A stretch of 47,207 nucleotides of DNA from an uncultured Gammaproteobacteria bacterium (GTDB lineage Bacteria; Patescibacteriota; Patescibacteriia; Magasanikbacterales; GWA2-37-8): assembly GCA_964403325.1 (NCBI GenBank), contig CAYOFO010000003.1, positions 1 through 47,207 on the forward strand, written 5' to 3'. Below, piece by piece: positions 19,623 to 27,981 of this stretch (the stretch's first letter is position 1; every line of letters begins with the position of its first letter). The notes below the pieces were generated by a model. It had not been told where the DNA came from and ran no database searches. It was given only the letters and a program-made list of their open reading frames with translations. Position numbers and translations under genes: made by a program.

Positions 19623-19937
19623 ATGAAAGAGCAAAAACCTTGGACATTTTCCTCGGTTATTCAATTTTACAATATGCCCGAAGAGTTTCCTCCTCAAGAA
19701 AAATTTTTTCTCAATAAAGAGAAAGTCAGCGAAAAAATGAAAGATCTTTTTCATTGGATTACGGTTTATCAGATTGTTTTTAAAAAATCAAATGGTGAAG
19801 TGCTGGCGAGCCTATCTGCTCTTATAGCTTTGGTTATTACAATCATTCTCCCGTTTTTTGTTTTTTTGGCCGTTATCATAGCTTTGTGGTGTGATATTAC
19901 CATTGCGCTTAAAAAAAAGCCTGATTCACTGGTCTAA
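19623..19937 (+). CDS. small hypothetical membrane protein
   Basis: ATG at 19623. C-terminal TM LASLSALIALVITIILPFFVFLAVIIALW. Confidence 0.55.
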   Translation: MKEQKPWTFSSVIQFYNMPEEFPPQEKFFLNKEKVSEKMKDLFHWITVYQIVFKKSNGEVLASLSALIALVITIILPFFVFLAVIIALWCDITIALKKKPDSLV

Positions 19938-19971
19938 ACAAGTATTGGTTTTTCCTCCTTTGCCTTAATTT

Positions 19972-20400
19972 ATGATTTCTTCCTCGAATTCTTACCCGGC
20001 AGCCATCCGAGTGTCCCAGCTCGCTTCGTCAGGGCGAGACACTGTTCCGGAGCGTTCTATTGCTACTGAAGAAGGAAAAATTCCAGTTGCGGTGCTTGAG
20101 CGCCAGCAAACCATTGTCGTCATTGCCAGCATGGCTGGTACTGATCCGGAAAATATCTCTCTTCATTTGCATAATGATTTGCTTACCATTCGTGGGCAGC
20201 GTTTTTTGCCAGGCGCGGTTGAGGATGATGTTTATTTTTATAACGAATGTTTTTGGGGAGAATTTTCTCGCACCATTGTTTTGCCGGTAGACGTAAAAAC
20301 CGAATCAGCGCGCGCCGAGTATCGTCACGGTGTCCTGGTTATTACTTTTGACAAAGCGAAAATCGACACCAGTATTCCCTTGATTTTTGTTGAAGAATAA
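19972..20400 (+). CDS. Hsp20/alpha-crystallin small heat-shock protein
   Basis: Alpha-crystallin domain PVAVLERQQTIVVIASMAGTDPENISLHLHNDLLTIRGQR ... FSRTIVLPVDV ... AEYRHGVLVITFDK. Confidence 0.88.
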   Translation: MISSSNSYPAAIRVSQLASSGRDTVPERSIATEEGKIPVAVLERQQTIVVIASMAGTDPENISLHLHNDLLTIRGQRFLPGAVEDDVYFYNECFWGEFSRTIVLPVDVKTESARAEYRHGVLVITFDKAKIDTSIPLIFVEE

Positions 20401-20446
20401 TTGTCTTTCATTATTTAAATTAATATTGAGCCAGAGCTCTGAGCAT

Positions 20447-22429
20447 ATGCCTCAAACTGCGGTATCAACAGAAAAATCATCTTTTTCTCAAAAAAAAATA
20501 GTCAGGCGAATTTTTCAAGTATTCTTAGTGTTGGTCCTGCTGGTTGGAGTGGCTGGTTTTTTGACGTATCCACTTTTTTTCACCGGCAAGATTTTGCCAG
20601 GCGTGTATGTTGGCTCATTGCCGCTGGGTGGGTTAAGCCTGGATGGAGCGCGGCAGGCTATGGAGAGCTACAATAATCGGTTAGCCCAAGAAGGGGTTGC
20701 TTTACAATTAACTGACCAGGCAGGAAAAAATATCAGTCTTTCCTTGCGTTCCGAGCTGGTTGTTAATGATAATTTTATAGTGTCAGTAGATGCGGCCCAA
20801 ACTGCCCAAGTTGCGTTGAATTTTGGAAAAGAAGGTTCTTTTTTACAAAATTCTTTTCAGGCCTGGGGTTTTTTGTGGCGACCGGTTCATTTGCCGGCTT
20901 CACTCCTTATGGATGATGAAGCTCTCAGCAATATTATAAAAAATCGACTTCAAGAATTTACGGATCCTGGTCATAATGCATCTTTTCATATAGAAAAAAT
21001 TACTCCACTCGAGTATGTTTTGCGCTCCGAGCAAGCTGGAATTATTTTTGACGCCCGCGAAGTGGTTGAATCTATCAAAAAAACGCTAAGCAATCTTGAG
21101 ATGAGGCCGATAAAGGTGGTTGCGCATCGTTTTTTGCCGACGGTCACACAGGCTGATTTGGCTTCGGTGGAGGCAGATCTGCCAAAAATAGTTGAACGTG
21201 GAGATGTAGCGCTCGAATTACCGGGTCATGTTGGTGCTGAGACAGCTTCATCGTGGTTCATTTCTCCACTCGTCTACGGTGATTGGATAGAAATACAAAA
21301 AAAAGATAGTGGCGCGTCATTGGGGCTTAATCGAGAAAAGGTTTTAGCGTATTTACAGGCGAGTGTTGCTCCGCTCGTGGAAATTATTGCGCAAAACCCG
21401 GTATTTAGCATAGAAAATAATCGAGCACAGGAATTTAGGTCCGGGCATCCTGGCCAGATTTTGGATGGTGAACAAACCTACGAACGCCTGAATACTCTCT
21501 TCCAAACTATAACCGTGTCCTCGTCTTCGACCTCAGTGCCAGTGGCGCTGATCATCACTGAGCCGGCTGTAAAAACCGGGGAGATCAATAATTTAGGTAT
21601 TAGCGATGTGGTAGGGGTCGGGAGCTCAAGTTTTAAAGGGAGTCCGGTGAATCGTATCAAAAATATTACTCGTGCCGTCAATCGACTCAACGGAGTCTTG
21701 ATTGCCCCAGGTGAAGAGTTTTCCACCAATAAATTTGCCGGTCCTTATACGCCGGAAAATGGTTTTTTGCCGGAATTGGTTATCAAAGGCAATGAGATTA
21801 AGGCCGAAGTAGGTGGGGGAATGTGTCAGATCGGCACAACCTTATTTCGTATGGCTATGAATTCAGGTATGCCCATTACTGAGCGTCACAACCATTCTTT
21901 AGTAGTTGGTTATTACAGCGATCCGGTAAATGGAAATCCTGGTACTGATGCCACACTGTATGACCCCTTACTGGATTTTAAATTTAAAAATGATACCGGT
22001 AATTATCTTTTGCTTGAGACGGCAATAAATACAAAAACTCAAATTTTGACATTTACTTTGTGGGGCAAAGCTGATGGGCGCAGCGGCTCTTTTACTCACC
22101 CGATTGTAAAAAAATGGCTCCCGGTTGGTAAAACTCAAAATACGTTTACCGATACGCTCAAGCCCGGGCAACAAAAATGTCAGCATGCTTATATGGGTGC
22201 ACAGACAACCTTTACCTATAGTCGTATTACCTCGCAGGGAGAGAAAATTGATCAGATTTTTGATAGTTATTATCGTTCCTTGCCGCAAATATGTTTGGTT
22301 GGTCAGGTGCCAACAGCTGCCCCTGTCACCAATGGTCCTTGCCGGCCAGGGGAGGTCTGTACGATTATCGAACCTCAGCCGGATGGCACGAGTGTTAAAG
22401 CCCCGGCCGCCAGTACGGATGTGCCCTAA
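20447..22429 (+). CDS. large membrane-anchored VanW-family protein
   Basis: N-terminal TM IFQVFLVLVLLVGVAGFL. VanW core EVGGGMCQIGTTLFRMAMNSG ... ERHNHS. ATG at 20447 preferred over TTG at 20387, which overlaps hsp20. Confidence 0.85.
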   Translation: MPQTAVSTEKSSFSQKKIVRRIFQVFLVLVLLVGVAGFLTYPLFFTGKILPGVYVGSLPLGGLSLDGARQAMESYNNRLAQEGVALQLTDQAGKNISLSLRSELVVNDNFIVSVDAAQTAQVALNFGKEGSFLQNSFQAWGFLWRPVHLPASLLMDDEALSNIIKNRLQEFTDPGHNASFHIEKITPLEYVLRSEQAGIIFDAREVVESIKKTLSNLEMRPIKVVAHRFLPTVTQADLASVEADLPKIVERGDVALELPGHVGAETASSWFISPLVYGDWIEIQKKDSGASLGLNREKVLAYLQASVAPLVEIIAQNPVFSIENNRAQEFRSGHPGQILDGEQTYERLNTLFQTITVSSSSTSVPVALIITEPAVKTGEINNLGISDVVGVGSSSFKGSPVNRIKNITRAVNRLNGVLIAPGEEFSTNKFAGPYTPENGFLPELVIKGNEIKAEVGGGMCQIGTTLFRMAMNSGMPITERHNHSLVVGYYSDPVNGNPGTDATLYDPLLDFKFKNDTGNYLLLETAINTKTQILTFTLWGKADGRSGSFTHPIVKKWLPVGKTQNTFTDTLKPGQQKCQHAYMGAQTTFTYSRITSQGEKIDQIFDSYYRSLPQICLVGQVPTAAPVTNGPCRPGEVCTIIEPQPDGTSVKAPAASTDVP

Positions 22430-22482
22430 CTAGAGGTAAGTAGAGAGGTGTAATGGTATAAACTCAGACTCTGAGTAGAGTT

Positions 22483-22708
22483 AAAATAAAAACTCCACCT
22501 AAGAGTTTCCCTAAGTGGAGGTTGAAAGCAAGCGGGGTTATCCCCCAGAAACCGCACCCAAGAAGATGGGTTATTGGAGAAGGCGAGCGTAAGCCTGCGC
22601 TTTCCAGCAACCCATCCCCATGCTTGTCGTGGATACGGGTGGTTACATACTAGATGTCTTCTAGCGGGCAACCATCTATGTCCAGACTTGTTTCTCTTCC
22701 TTTCGAAC
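22483..22708 (-). ncRNA. orphan structured small RNA of unknown class
   Basis: Minus strand has a canonical promoter, about 195 nt of locally GC-rich sequence with nested helices, then the terminator CUCCACUUAGGG-aaa-CUCUUAGGUGGAG + UUUUUAUUUU. The stem's G.U pairs would be A.C mismatches on the plus strand. No gene lies downstream on that strand. Confidence 0.65.
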
Positions 22709-22713
22709 TAATA

Positions 22714-22742
22714 ATACTATCATGATACTTAAACTTTGTCAA
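22714..22742 (-). promoter_or_regulatory. promoter of the orphan small RNA
   Basis: Minus strand TTGACA (22742-22737), 17 nt spacer, TAGTAT (22719-22714). Confidence 0.65.
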
Positions 22743-22811
22743 TAGTTAACCTGTGGAAAACATTTAATTTATATTAATACGTCTTTAATATGTTTAGTTT
22801 TAACCAAAAAG

Positions 22812-23003
22812 ATGGTGGACAAGTCTGGTTTGAACTATCCGCGCTGGGAGTCTGTACTGGTGTATAGCAAAGAATTTGCTCATTGGTTGATTGATTATGT
22901 TTGTGATGAATCAGAAAAAGAACGCGCACAGCAGGAGTTGCAAGTTGTACCGAAAGAATTATTGGTTGATCGTATGATTGGGATCGGGAGATGCAAGGTT
23001 TAG
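22812..23003 (+). CDS. small hypothetical protein (63 aa)
   Basis: Intact ORF with no recognisable motif. Confidence 0.4.
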   Translation: MVDKSGLNYPRWESVLVYSKEFAHWLIDYVCDESEKERAQQELQVVPKELLVDRMIGIGRCKV

Positions 23004-23113
23004 TACAGAAGATTTTAGGCAGTGAGCAAGAAATGAGGCTTCATGTCAAAGAGGTGAGAAAGTTGCCACCGCAATAATAAACGCCATTACATTAATGACA
23101 AAGTTTGAGTTTT

Positions 23114-23362
23114 ATGTCACAAGTCATTCTCTATACCACGAGTTATTGCTCATATTGCCTAAAAGCCAAGCAGTTTTTGCAATCCAAGTGTATTAATTTT
23201 ACAGAAATAAATGTAGAAGATGACGAAGTGTTGCGTGAGAGTGTGGCGCAAAAATTTAATTGGTACACAGTGCCAATCATTGTGGTCGAAGATCGTTGTA
23301 TCGGTGGGTATGATGATATGATGCGATTATATGCTGAGGGTAAATTTTTGGTCGCACAATAG
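23114..23362 (+). CDS. glutaredoxin (Grx/NrdH-like)
   Basis: ILYTTSYCSYCLKAKQFL (CxxC) ... TVPIIVVEDRCIGGYDD. ATG at 23114. Confidence 0.88.
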   Translation: MSQVILYTTSYCSYCLKAKQFLQSKCINFTEINVEDDEVLRESVAQKFNWYTVPIIVVEDRCIGGYDDMMRLYAEGKFLVAQ

Positions 23363-23418
23363 AAAGAGATGGACTGTGGTCTAAAAACAATAATGTTTAG
23401 TTGTTTACTTAATATTTT

Positions 23419-24624
23419 ATGGTTATGCAGCATCGTTCCCTTTCTTCGCCGGTACTTTGGCGTCTATGTCGCAGTGGTGGGTTTATTTTAGCCTGGTTGA
23501 TAGTAGCAGGTTGTGGCAAAAACAGCCTGCCAGTTACCACTGCCGATCCAAATTATATTTTACACCCGACATCTTCGCCGGATTTGCCCCCGGTAACGAC
23601 GGTACCGGTAACAACGTCCTCGGTCAGTGCTAACCCAGTCGCTGGCACTTCGCTTGCAGCAACTTCCACCCCGAGTACTTCGGCAGTGTCAGAGGGAGTC
23701 GTGCAGACACCTGGTTTGGTTGGTATCCTTACAAAGGATGGTGTTACGCCACCGTCACCGAGCTCTACTTCGGTGACAGGAAAACCAGTGCTGCGTCAGT
23801 CGCCTCAGATATCTGGTTGCCCTATTTTTCCGGCTGATAATGATTGGAATAAAGATATTTCCGGGCTTCCCGTGCACCAAAATTCCCAGATTTATATAAG
23901 AAGTATTGGTTTTAACGGATATATTCATCCGGATTTTGGTGAAAATATTACCTATGGCATACCATATAACCAGGTAAGCGAAACCGTTAAAAAAGTACCG
24001 GTGCGTTTTTTGTATGCGGCAGAGAGTGATGTTGGTCCTTATCCATTACCGCCGACACCGCTTATCGAATACGGGGATGACAAACACCTGATTGTTTTGG
24101 ATACGAAAGCTTGTCTGTTGTATGAACTATATAAGGCCCGTTTGGTTAAGGGAGTATGGAACGCTGCGGCTGGAGCGATTTTTGACCTGAAGAGTAATGT
24201 TTTGCGTCCAGATGGGTGGACATCGGCTGATGCCGCCGGACTACCCATTTTCCCTGGATTAGTACGATACGAAGAGGTGATGAGCGGGCAAATAAATCAC
24301 GCCTTGCGCTTTACCGCCCCCAATACGCAAAATGCGTATATTCACCCAGCTACTCATGCGGCCGGCAGTGATAATGCCGCCTTGCCGCCTATGGGGCTAA
24401 GAGTAAGATTAAAACCCGAGTTTGATATCTCTGGATTTTCTCCCACGGCCCAAGTACTCCTTACTACCATGAAAAAGTATGGCCTTATTTTGGCGGATAA
24501 TGGAAGCAGTTGGTTTGTATCAGGTGTTTCAGATCGTAGATGGCAAGACAGTATTTTGTCCGAATTAAAAAAAGTGCCGGGTAGTGCGTTTGAGGCAGTG
24601 GATACGGGTAAAGTTATTCGTTAA
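23419..24624 (+). CDS. secreted lipoprotein, conserved hypothetical C-terminal domain
   Basis: Lipobox LIVAGCGKN, Ser/Thr/Pro-rich linker. C-terminal HALRFTAPNTQNAYIHPATHAAG ... PPMGLRVRLK ... MKKYGLILADNGSSWFVSG. Confidence 0.7.
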   Translation: MVMQHRSLSSPVLWRLCRSGGFILAWLIVAGCGKNSLPVTTADPNYILHPTSSPDLPPVTTVPVTTSSVSANPVAGTSLAATSTPSTSAVSEGVVQTPGLVGILTKDGVTPPSPSSTSVTGKPVLRQSPQISGCPIFPADNDWNKDISGLPVHQNSQIYIRSIGFNGYIHPDFGENITYGIPYNQVSETVKKVPVRFLYAAESDVGPYPLPPTPLIEYGDDKHLIVLDTKACLLYELYKARLVKGVWNAAAGAIFDLKSNVLRPDGWTSADAAGLPIFPGLVRYEEVMSGQINHALRFTAPNTQNAYIHPATHAAGSDNAALPPMGLRVRLKPEFDISGFSPTAQVLLTTMKKYGLILADNGSSWFVSGVSDRRWQDSILSELKKVPGSAFEAVDTGKVIR

Positions 24625-24714
24625 ATGAGAATATCGGTAGAGATCTTTCGGTACCATGGGTACTTGCCAAAGCCGACAAAACAGAGTAATATCGTGAAAT
24701 ATTAATTAGCTTTT

Positions 24715-26769
24715 ATGCCTCCTGTTATTAAGACTCCACAACGCAGTATTACTGCCGAACAATTACGTTCAAGAATAATTGGTATTGGTTTACTTTTTGT
24801 GCTCTGCCTTATTATTGCGGTGCCTAAACCTTTTAATCAGGCCATCCGTGCTATTAATGGTAAAAGCGGCTTAGGAATTCCGGAAATTCCAGATCGAGGT
24901 TATAATTTGGGCCTTGATTTGCGTGGTGGTGCTCATTTGGTCTACGAAGCTGATACGCACGAAATCCCTACCGCCGACCAAAACGTAGCCGTAGAAGGTT
25001 TGCGTGATGTGATTGAGCGTCGGGTACGAGGCGGGCTAGGTGTCAGTGAGCCGCTCGTGCAAACGACCAAAGTCGGTAATGTTTATCGCGTCATCGTCGA
25101 GCTCCCGGGTGTCGCCAATGTCAACGAAGCCATCAAACAAATCGGGGAAACCCCTATTTTGGAGTTTAAAGAAGTAAACGTTACTCCACCGCGCGATTTA
25201 ACCGCAGACGAACAAAAACAGCTGGCAGATTTTAATAAGAAAGCTACCGACAAGGCCAAAGATATTTTAAAACAACTTTCTCAGAAAAAAGATTTTTCCG
25301 AGTTGGCCAAACAGTATTCTGAAGATTTGCAAACCAAGAATAAGGGTGGAAATTTGGGTATTATTAGTGAAGTGCAGTATCCAGAAATTTTTGCTTGGGC
25401 AAAGACGCACAAAGTAGGAGAAGTTTCCAAAGAAATCATTACGAGTGCAAGCGGTCTCAATATTCTCAAAAAAACTGCAGAAAAACCAGGTGAGGTGGCC
25501 GTTAACGCTTCCCATTTATTAGTTTGTTATAAAGGTGCGACTGGTTGCGACAATGGGCAGTATACGAAAGAGCAGGCCAAAGCCAAGGCTGAAGAAATTC
25601 GTCGACAAATTACCGTGCAAAATTTTGGCGAGTTGGTAAAAAAATATTCAACTGAGCCAGGAGCTGCCGAACGAGAAGGCAGCTTGGGGTTGGTAAAAAA
25701 AGGTGATATGGTGCCTGTGTTTGAAAAAGCTTTGTTTGCCTTACCAAGCAATTCTCTTTCTGGGGTTGTGGAAACTCAATTTGGCTTTCATATTATTTAT
25801 AGAAAAGGTGACCAGACAACTCTCAGTTACGAAGTGGCGCGTATTTTTATCCCAACCAAACAAAAAACTGATATAGTGCCGCCGGCAGAAAGTTGGAAGT
25901 TTACTGGTTTATCAGGCAAACAACTCAAAAAAGCAGAAGTAGTCCAGGATCCGCGTACTGGCCAGGTCCAGGTCAGCTTACAATTTAATGATGAAGGGGC
26001 TAAGCTGTTTGAGCAAATCACCACGCGCAATGTGCACAAGCCGCTGGCTATTTTCCTTGATAATCAGTTAGTCGGAAATCCACCTACTGTTTCGGAGCCG
26101 ATTCCCAGTGGACAGGCCGTTATTTCGGGTCAGTTTAATTTTGAACAAGCTCGTCTCATGGCTCAGCGTCTCAATGCCGGTTCATTACCCGTACCGGTCG
26201 AGTTGATCAGTCAAGAAAAAGTAGATGCAACCTTAGGTGCCAATTCCCTTGATCAGAGTTTTAAAGCCGGTATTTTGGGCTTATTGGCAGTTATTGTTTT
26301 CATGGTGTTGTACTATCGTTTACCCGGTGTTTTGTCAGTATTTTCGCTTTTGCTCTATACAGCTTTAAGTTTGGCGGCTTTCAAATTAATCGGCGTCACC
26401 CTTACCTTGTCGGGTATTGCTGGCTTTATTCTGTCGATTGGTATGGCGGTAGATGCCAATGTGTTGGTGTTTGAGCGCCTCAAGGAAGAATTACAATTAG
26501 GTAAAGATCTTCAGTCTGGACTCGAAGAATCATTTATTCGCTCGTGGCCATCGATTCGAGATAGTCATGTTACAGCCCTCATTAGTTGTGTATTTTTGGT
26601 ATGGTTTGGCAGTGGATTTATTCAAGGCTTTGCCGTTATTTTAGCCTTAGGCACACTTATTAATTTGTTTACGGCCTATATTATTACGCGTACCATTATG
26701 CGTTTGGTGTTGCGTTTTCTAAAAAATAGAAAAAGTAGAGTTCTATTTTTGGGTGCAAGCAAACAGTAA
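24715..26769 (+). CDS. secD: protein translocase subunit SecD with an inserted tandem parvulin (PpiC-type PPIase) module
   Basis: SecD motifs LGLDLRGGAHLVYEAD, PLAIFLDNQLV, GAGSLPVPVEL-like NAGSLPVPVELISQEKV, and six C-terminal TM segments. Residues ~155-385 contain two parvulin-like units; the second is canonical (ASHLLVCY ... FGELVKKYSTEPGAAEREGSLGLVKKGDMVPVFEKALF ... VVETQFGFHIIYR). Confidence 0.9.
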   Translation: MPPVIKTPQRSITAEQLRSRIIGIGLLFVLCLIIAVPKPFNQAIRAINGKSGLGIPEIPDRGYNLGLDLRGGAHLVYEADTHEIPTADQNVAVEGLRDVIERRVRGGLGVSEPLVQTTKVGNVYRVIVELPGVANVNEAIKQIGETPILEFKEVNVTPPRDLTADEQKQLADFNKKATDKAKDILKQLSQKKDFSELAKQYSEDLQTKNKGGNLGIISEVQYPEIFAWAKTHKVGEVSKEIITSASGLNILKKTAEKPGEVAVNASHLLVCYKGATGCDNGQYTKEQAKAKAEEIRRQITVQNFGELVKKYSTEPGAAEREGSLGLVKKGDMVPVFEKALFALPSNSLSGVVETQFGFHIIYRKGDQTTLSYEVARIFIPTKQKTDIVPPAESWKFTGLSGKQLKKAEVVQDPRTGQVQVSLQFNDEGAKLFEQITTRNVHKPLAIFLDNQLVGNPPTVSEPIPSGQAVISGQFNFEQARLMAQRLNAGSLPVPVELISQEKVDATLGANSLDQSFKAGILGLLAVIVFMVLYYRLPGVLSVFSLLLYTALSLAAFKLIGVTLTLSGIAGFILSIGMAVDANVLVFERLKEELQLGKDLQSGLEESFIRSWPSIRDSHVTALISCVFLVWFGSGFIQGFAVILALGTLINLFTAYIITRTIMRLVLRFLKNRKSRVLFLGASKQ

Positions 26770-26781
26770 TATACTTATTTT

Positions 26782-27693
26782 ATGAATATTCCTTTTATCA
26801 AGTACTCGAAAATTTGGCTCAGCATCAGCGCCTTGGTGGTAGTGGTGAGTTTGGCGGCAGTTTTGGTATGGGGTTTAAAACCGGGAATCGATTTTACCGG
26901 TGGGTCTCTCATGGAAGTGAGTTTTAGTAAAGTCAGACCGCAGTCTGAGACAGTAGCCAATGTTTTTAAGAGTAGCGGCTTAAAAGATGTGGTGGTGCAA
27001 CGAGCTGGTGAGCAGGGTTTTATTATTCGCACAGCCTTCCTTACCGAAGATGCACATGTAAAATTATCTCAACAATTACGAGCTGCTTTTACGAGTAAGG
27101 AGAGTAATTTTACGGAAATCCGTTTTGAGACGATTGGGCCTGCTATTAGCAGTCAATTACGTCAAAAAGCTATAATTGCAGTTGTGTTGGTGAATGTCAG
27201 TATTATCTTGTTCTTGGCTTATGCTTTTCGTAAAGTTTCTAAACCGGTAGCCAGTTGGAAATATGGTTTACTGGCCATAGTCGCTTTGGTGCATGATATT
27301 TGTTTGGTATTGGGTGTTTTTGCGCTCTTGGGGCATTTTGCCGGGGTGGAAGTTGATCTCGCCTTTGTGGTAGCTCTCCTCACCGTACTGGGCTTCTCAG
27401 TAAATGACACTATCGTTGTATACGATCGTATTCGGGAAAATTTGCTCCGCAAAACCGGGAGCAGTTTTGCTGAGGTGGTGAATAATGGTTTAAACCAAAC
27501 CTTGATGCGCTCGATTAATACTACCTTAACGGTTCTCTTGCCTTTGTTTGCACTCTATTTTTTTGGTGGCACGACCATTCGGTATTTTGCTTTAGCACTT
27601 TTAATTGGTATGGCGAGCGGAGCTTATTCGTCGGTATTTATAGCGAGTCCACTCCTTGTGATTGCAGAAAAAATGCAGGGTAAAAAATCTTAA
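26782..27693 (+). CDS. secF: protein translocase subunit SecF
   Basis: GIDFTGGS, TIGPAIS, HDICLVLGVFALLG, FSVNDTIVVYDRIREN. Follows secD after 12 nt. Confidence 0.92.
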   Translation: MNIPFIKYSKIWLSISALVVVVSLAAVLVWGLKPGIDFTGGSLMEVSFSKVRPQSETVANVFKSSGLKDVVVQRAGEQGFIIRTAFLTEDAHVKLSQQLRAAFTSKESNFTEIRFETIGPAISSQLRQKAIIAVVLVNVSIILFLAYAFRKVSKPVASWKYGLLAIVALVHDICLVLGVFALLGHFAGVEVDLAFVVALLTVLGFSVNDTIVVYDRIRENLLRKTGSSFAEVVNNGLNQTLMRSINTTLTVLLPLFALYFFGGTTIRYFALALLIGMASGAYSSVFIASPLLVIAEKMQGKKS

Positions 27694-27705
27694 ACAGAAC
27701 CCTGT

Positions 27706-27736
27706 AAAAAACTTCGCCTGACAGCGAAGTTTTTTG
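27706..27736 (+). terminator. intrinsic terminator after secDF
   Basis: aaaaaACTTCGC-ctgaca-GCGAAGTtttttg. Confidence 0.85.
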
Positions 27737-27793
27737 TTATGAGTATTTGTTAAAACATGGTGTGAGCGGTGTCCTTTTTCATATTTTTGTGTT

Positions 27794-27979
27794 ATGATAA
27801 CATCATCTAATTTTTCTATGAGTGATAATATTATTCGCCACATGGTGGCGCTCTTAGCCACTATCATTTGCGCATTGGCGTATTTTAGCGGTTATGTTTC
27901 AGCTTCGTTTAACGGCTGGTGGACTGTATTTGGCGTACTGGTTATTTACGGAGGGATATATCGTATTATTGATAAATAA
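27794..27979 (+). CDS. small two-TM membrane protein (61 aa)
   Basis: HMVALLATIICALAYFSGYV and WWTVFGVLVIYGGIY. Stop lies 2 nt before the next ATG. Confidence 0.55.
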   Translation: MITSSNFSMSDNIIRHMVALLATIICALAYFSGYVSASFNGWWTVFGVLVIYGGIYRIIDK

Positions 27980-27981
27980 TT

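Noticed and set aside
22426-22671. Track ORF of 81 aa on the minus strand
   Set aside because: It sits inside the structured small RNA, which has a promoter at 22714-22742 and a terminator at 22483-22520. The product is Arg/Trp/Pro-rich, typical of translated GC-rich RNA genes, and there is no SD.
22483-22708. Assigning the orphan RNA to SRP RNA, tmRNA or 6S RNA
   Set aside because: - The GCU-GGAA-AGC-GCAG stretch superficially resembles the SRP domain IV GGAA tetraloop plus AGCA. The flanking strands do not form the symmetric and asymmetric loops.
- There are no tmRNA acceptor or T-arm ends.
- The fold looks branched rather than being a 6S rod.
- The class is therefore left unknown.
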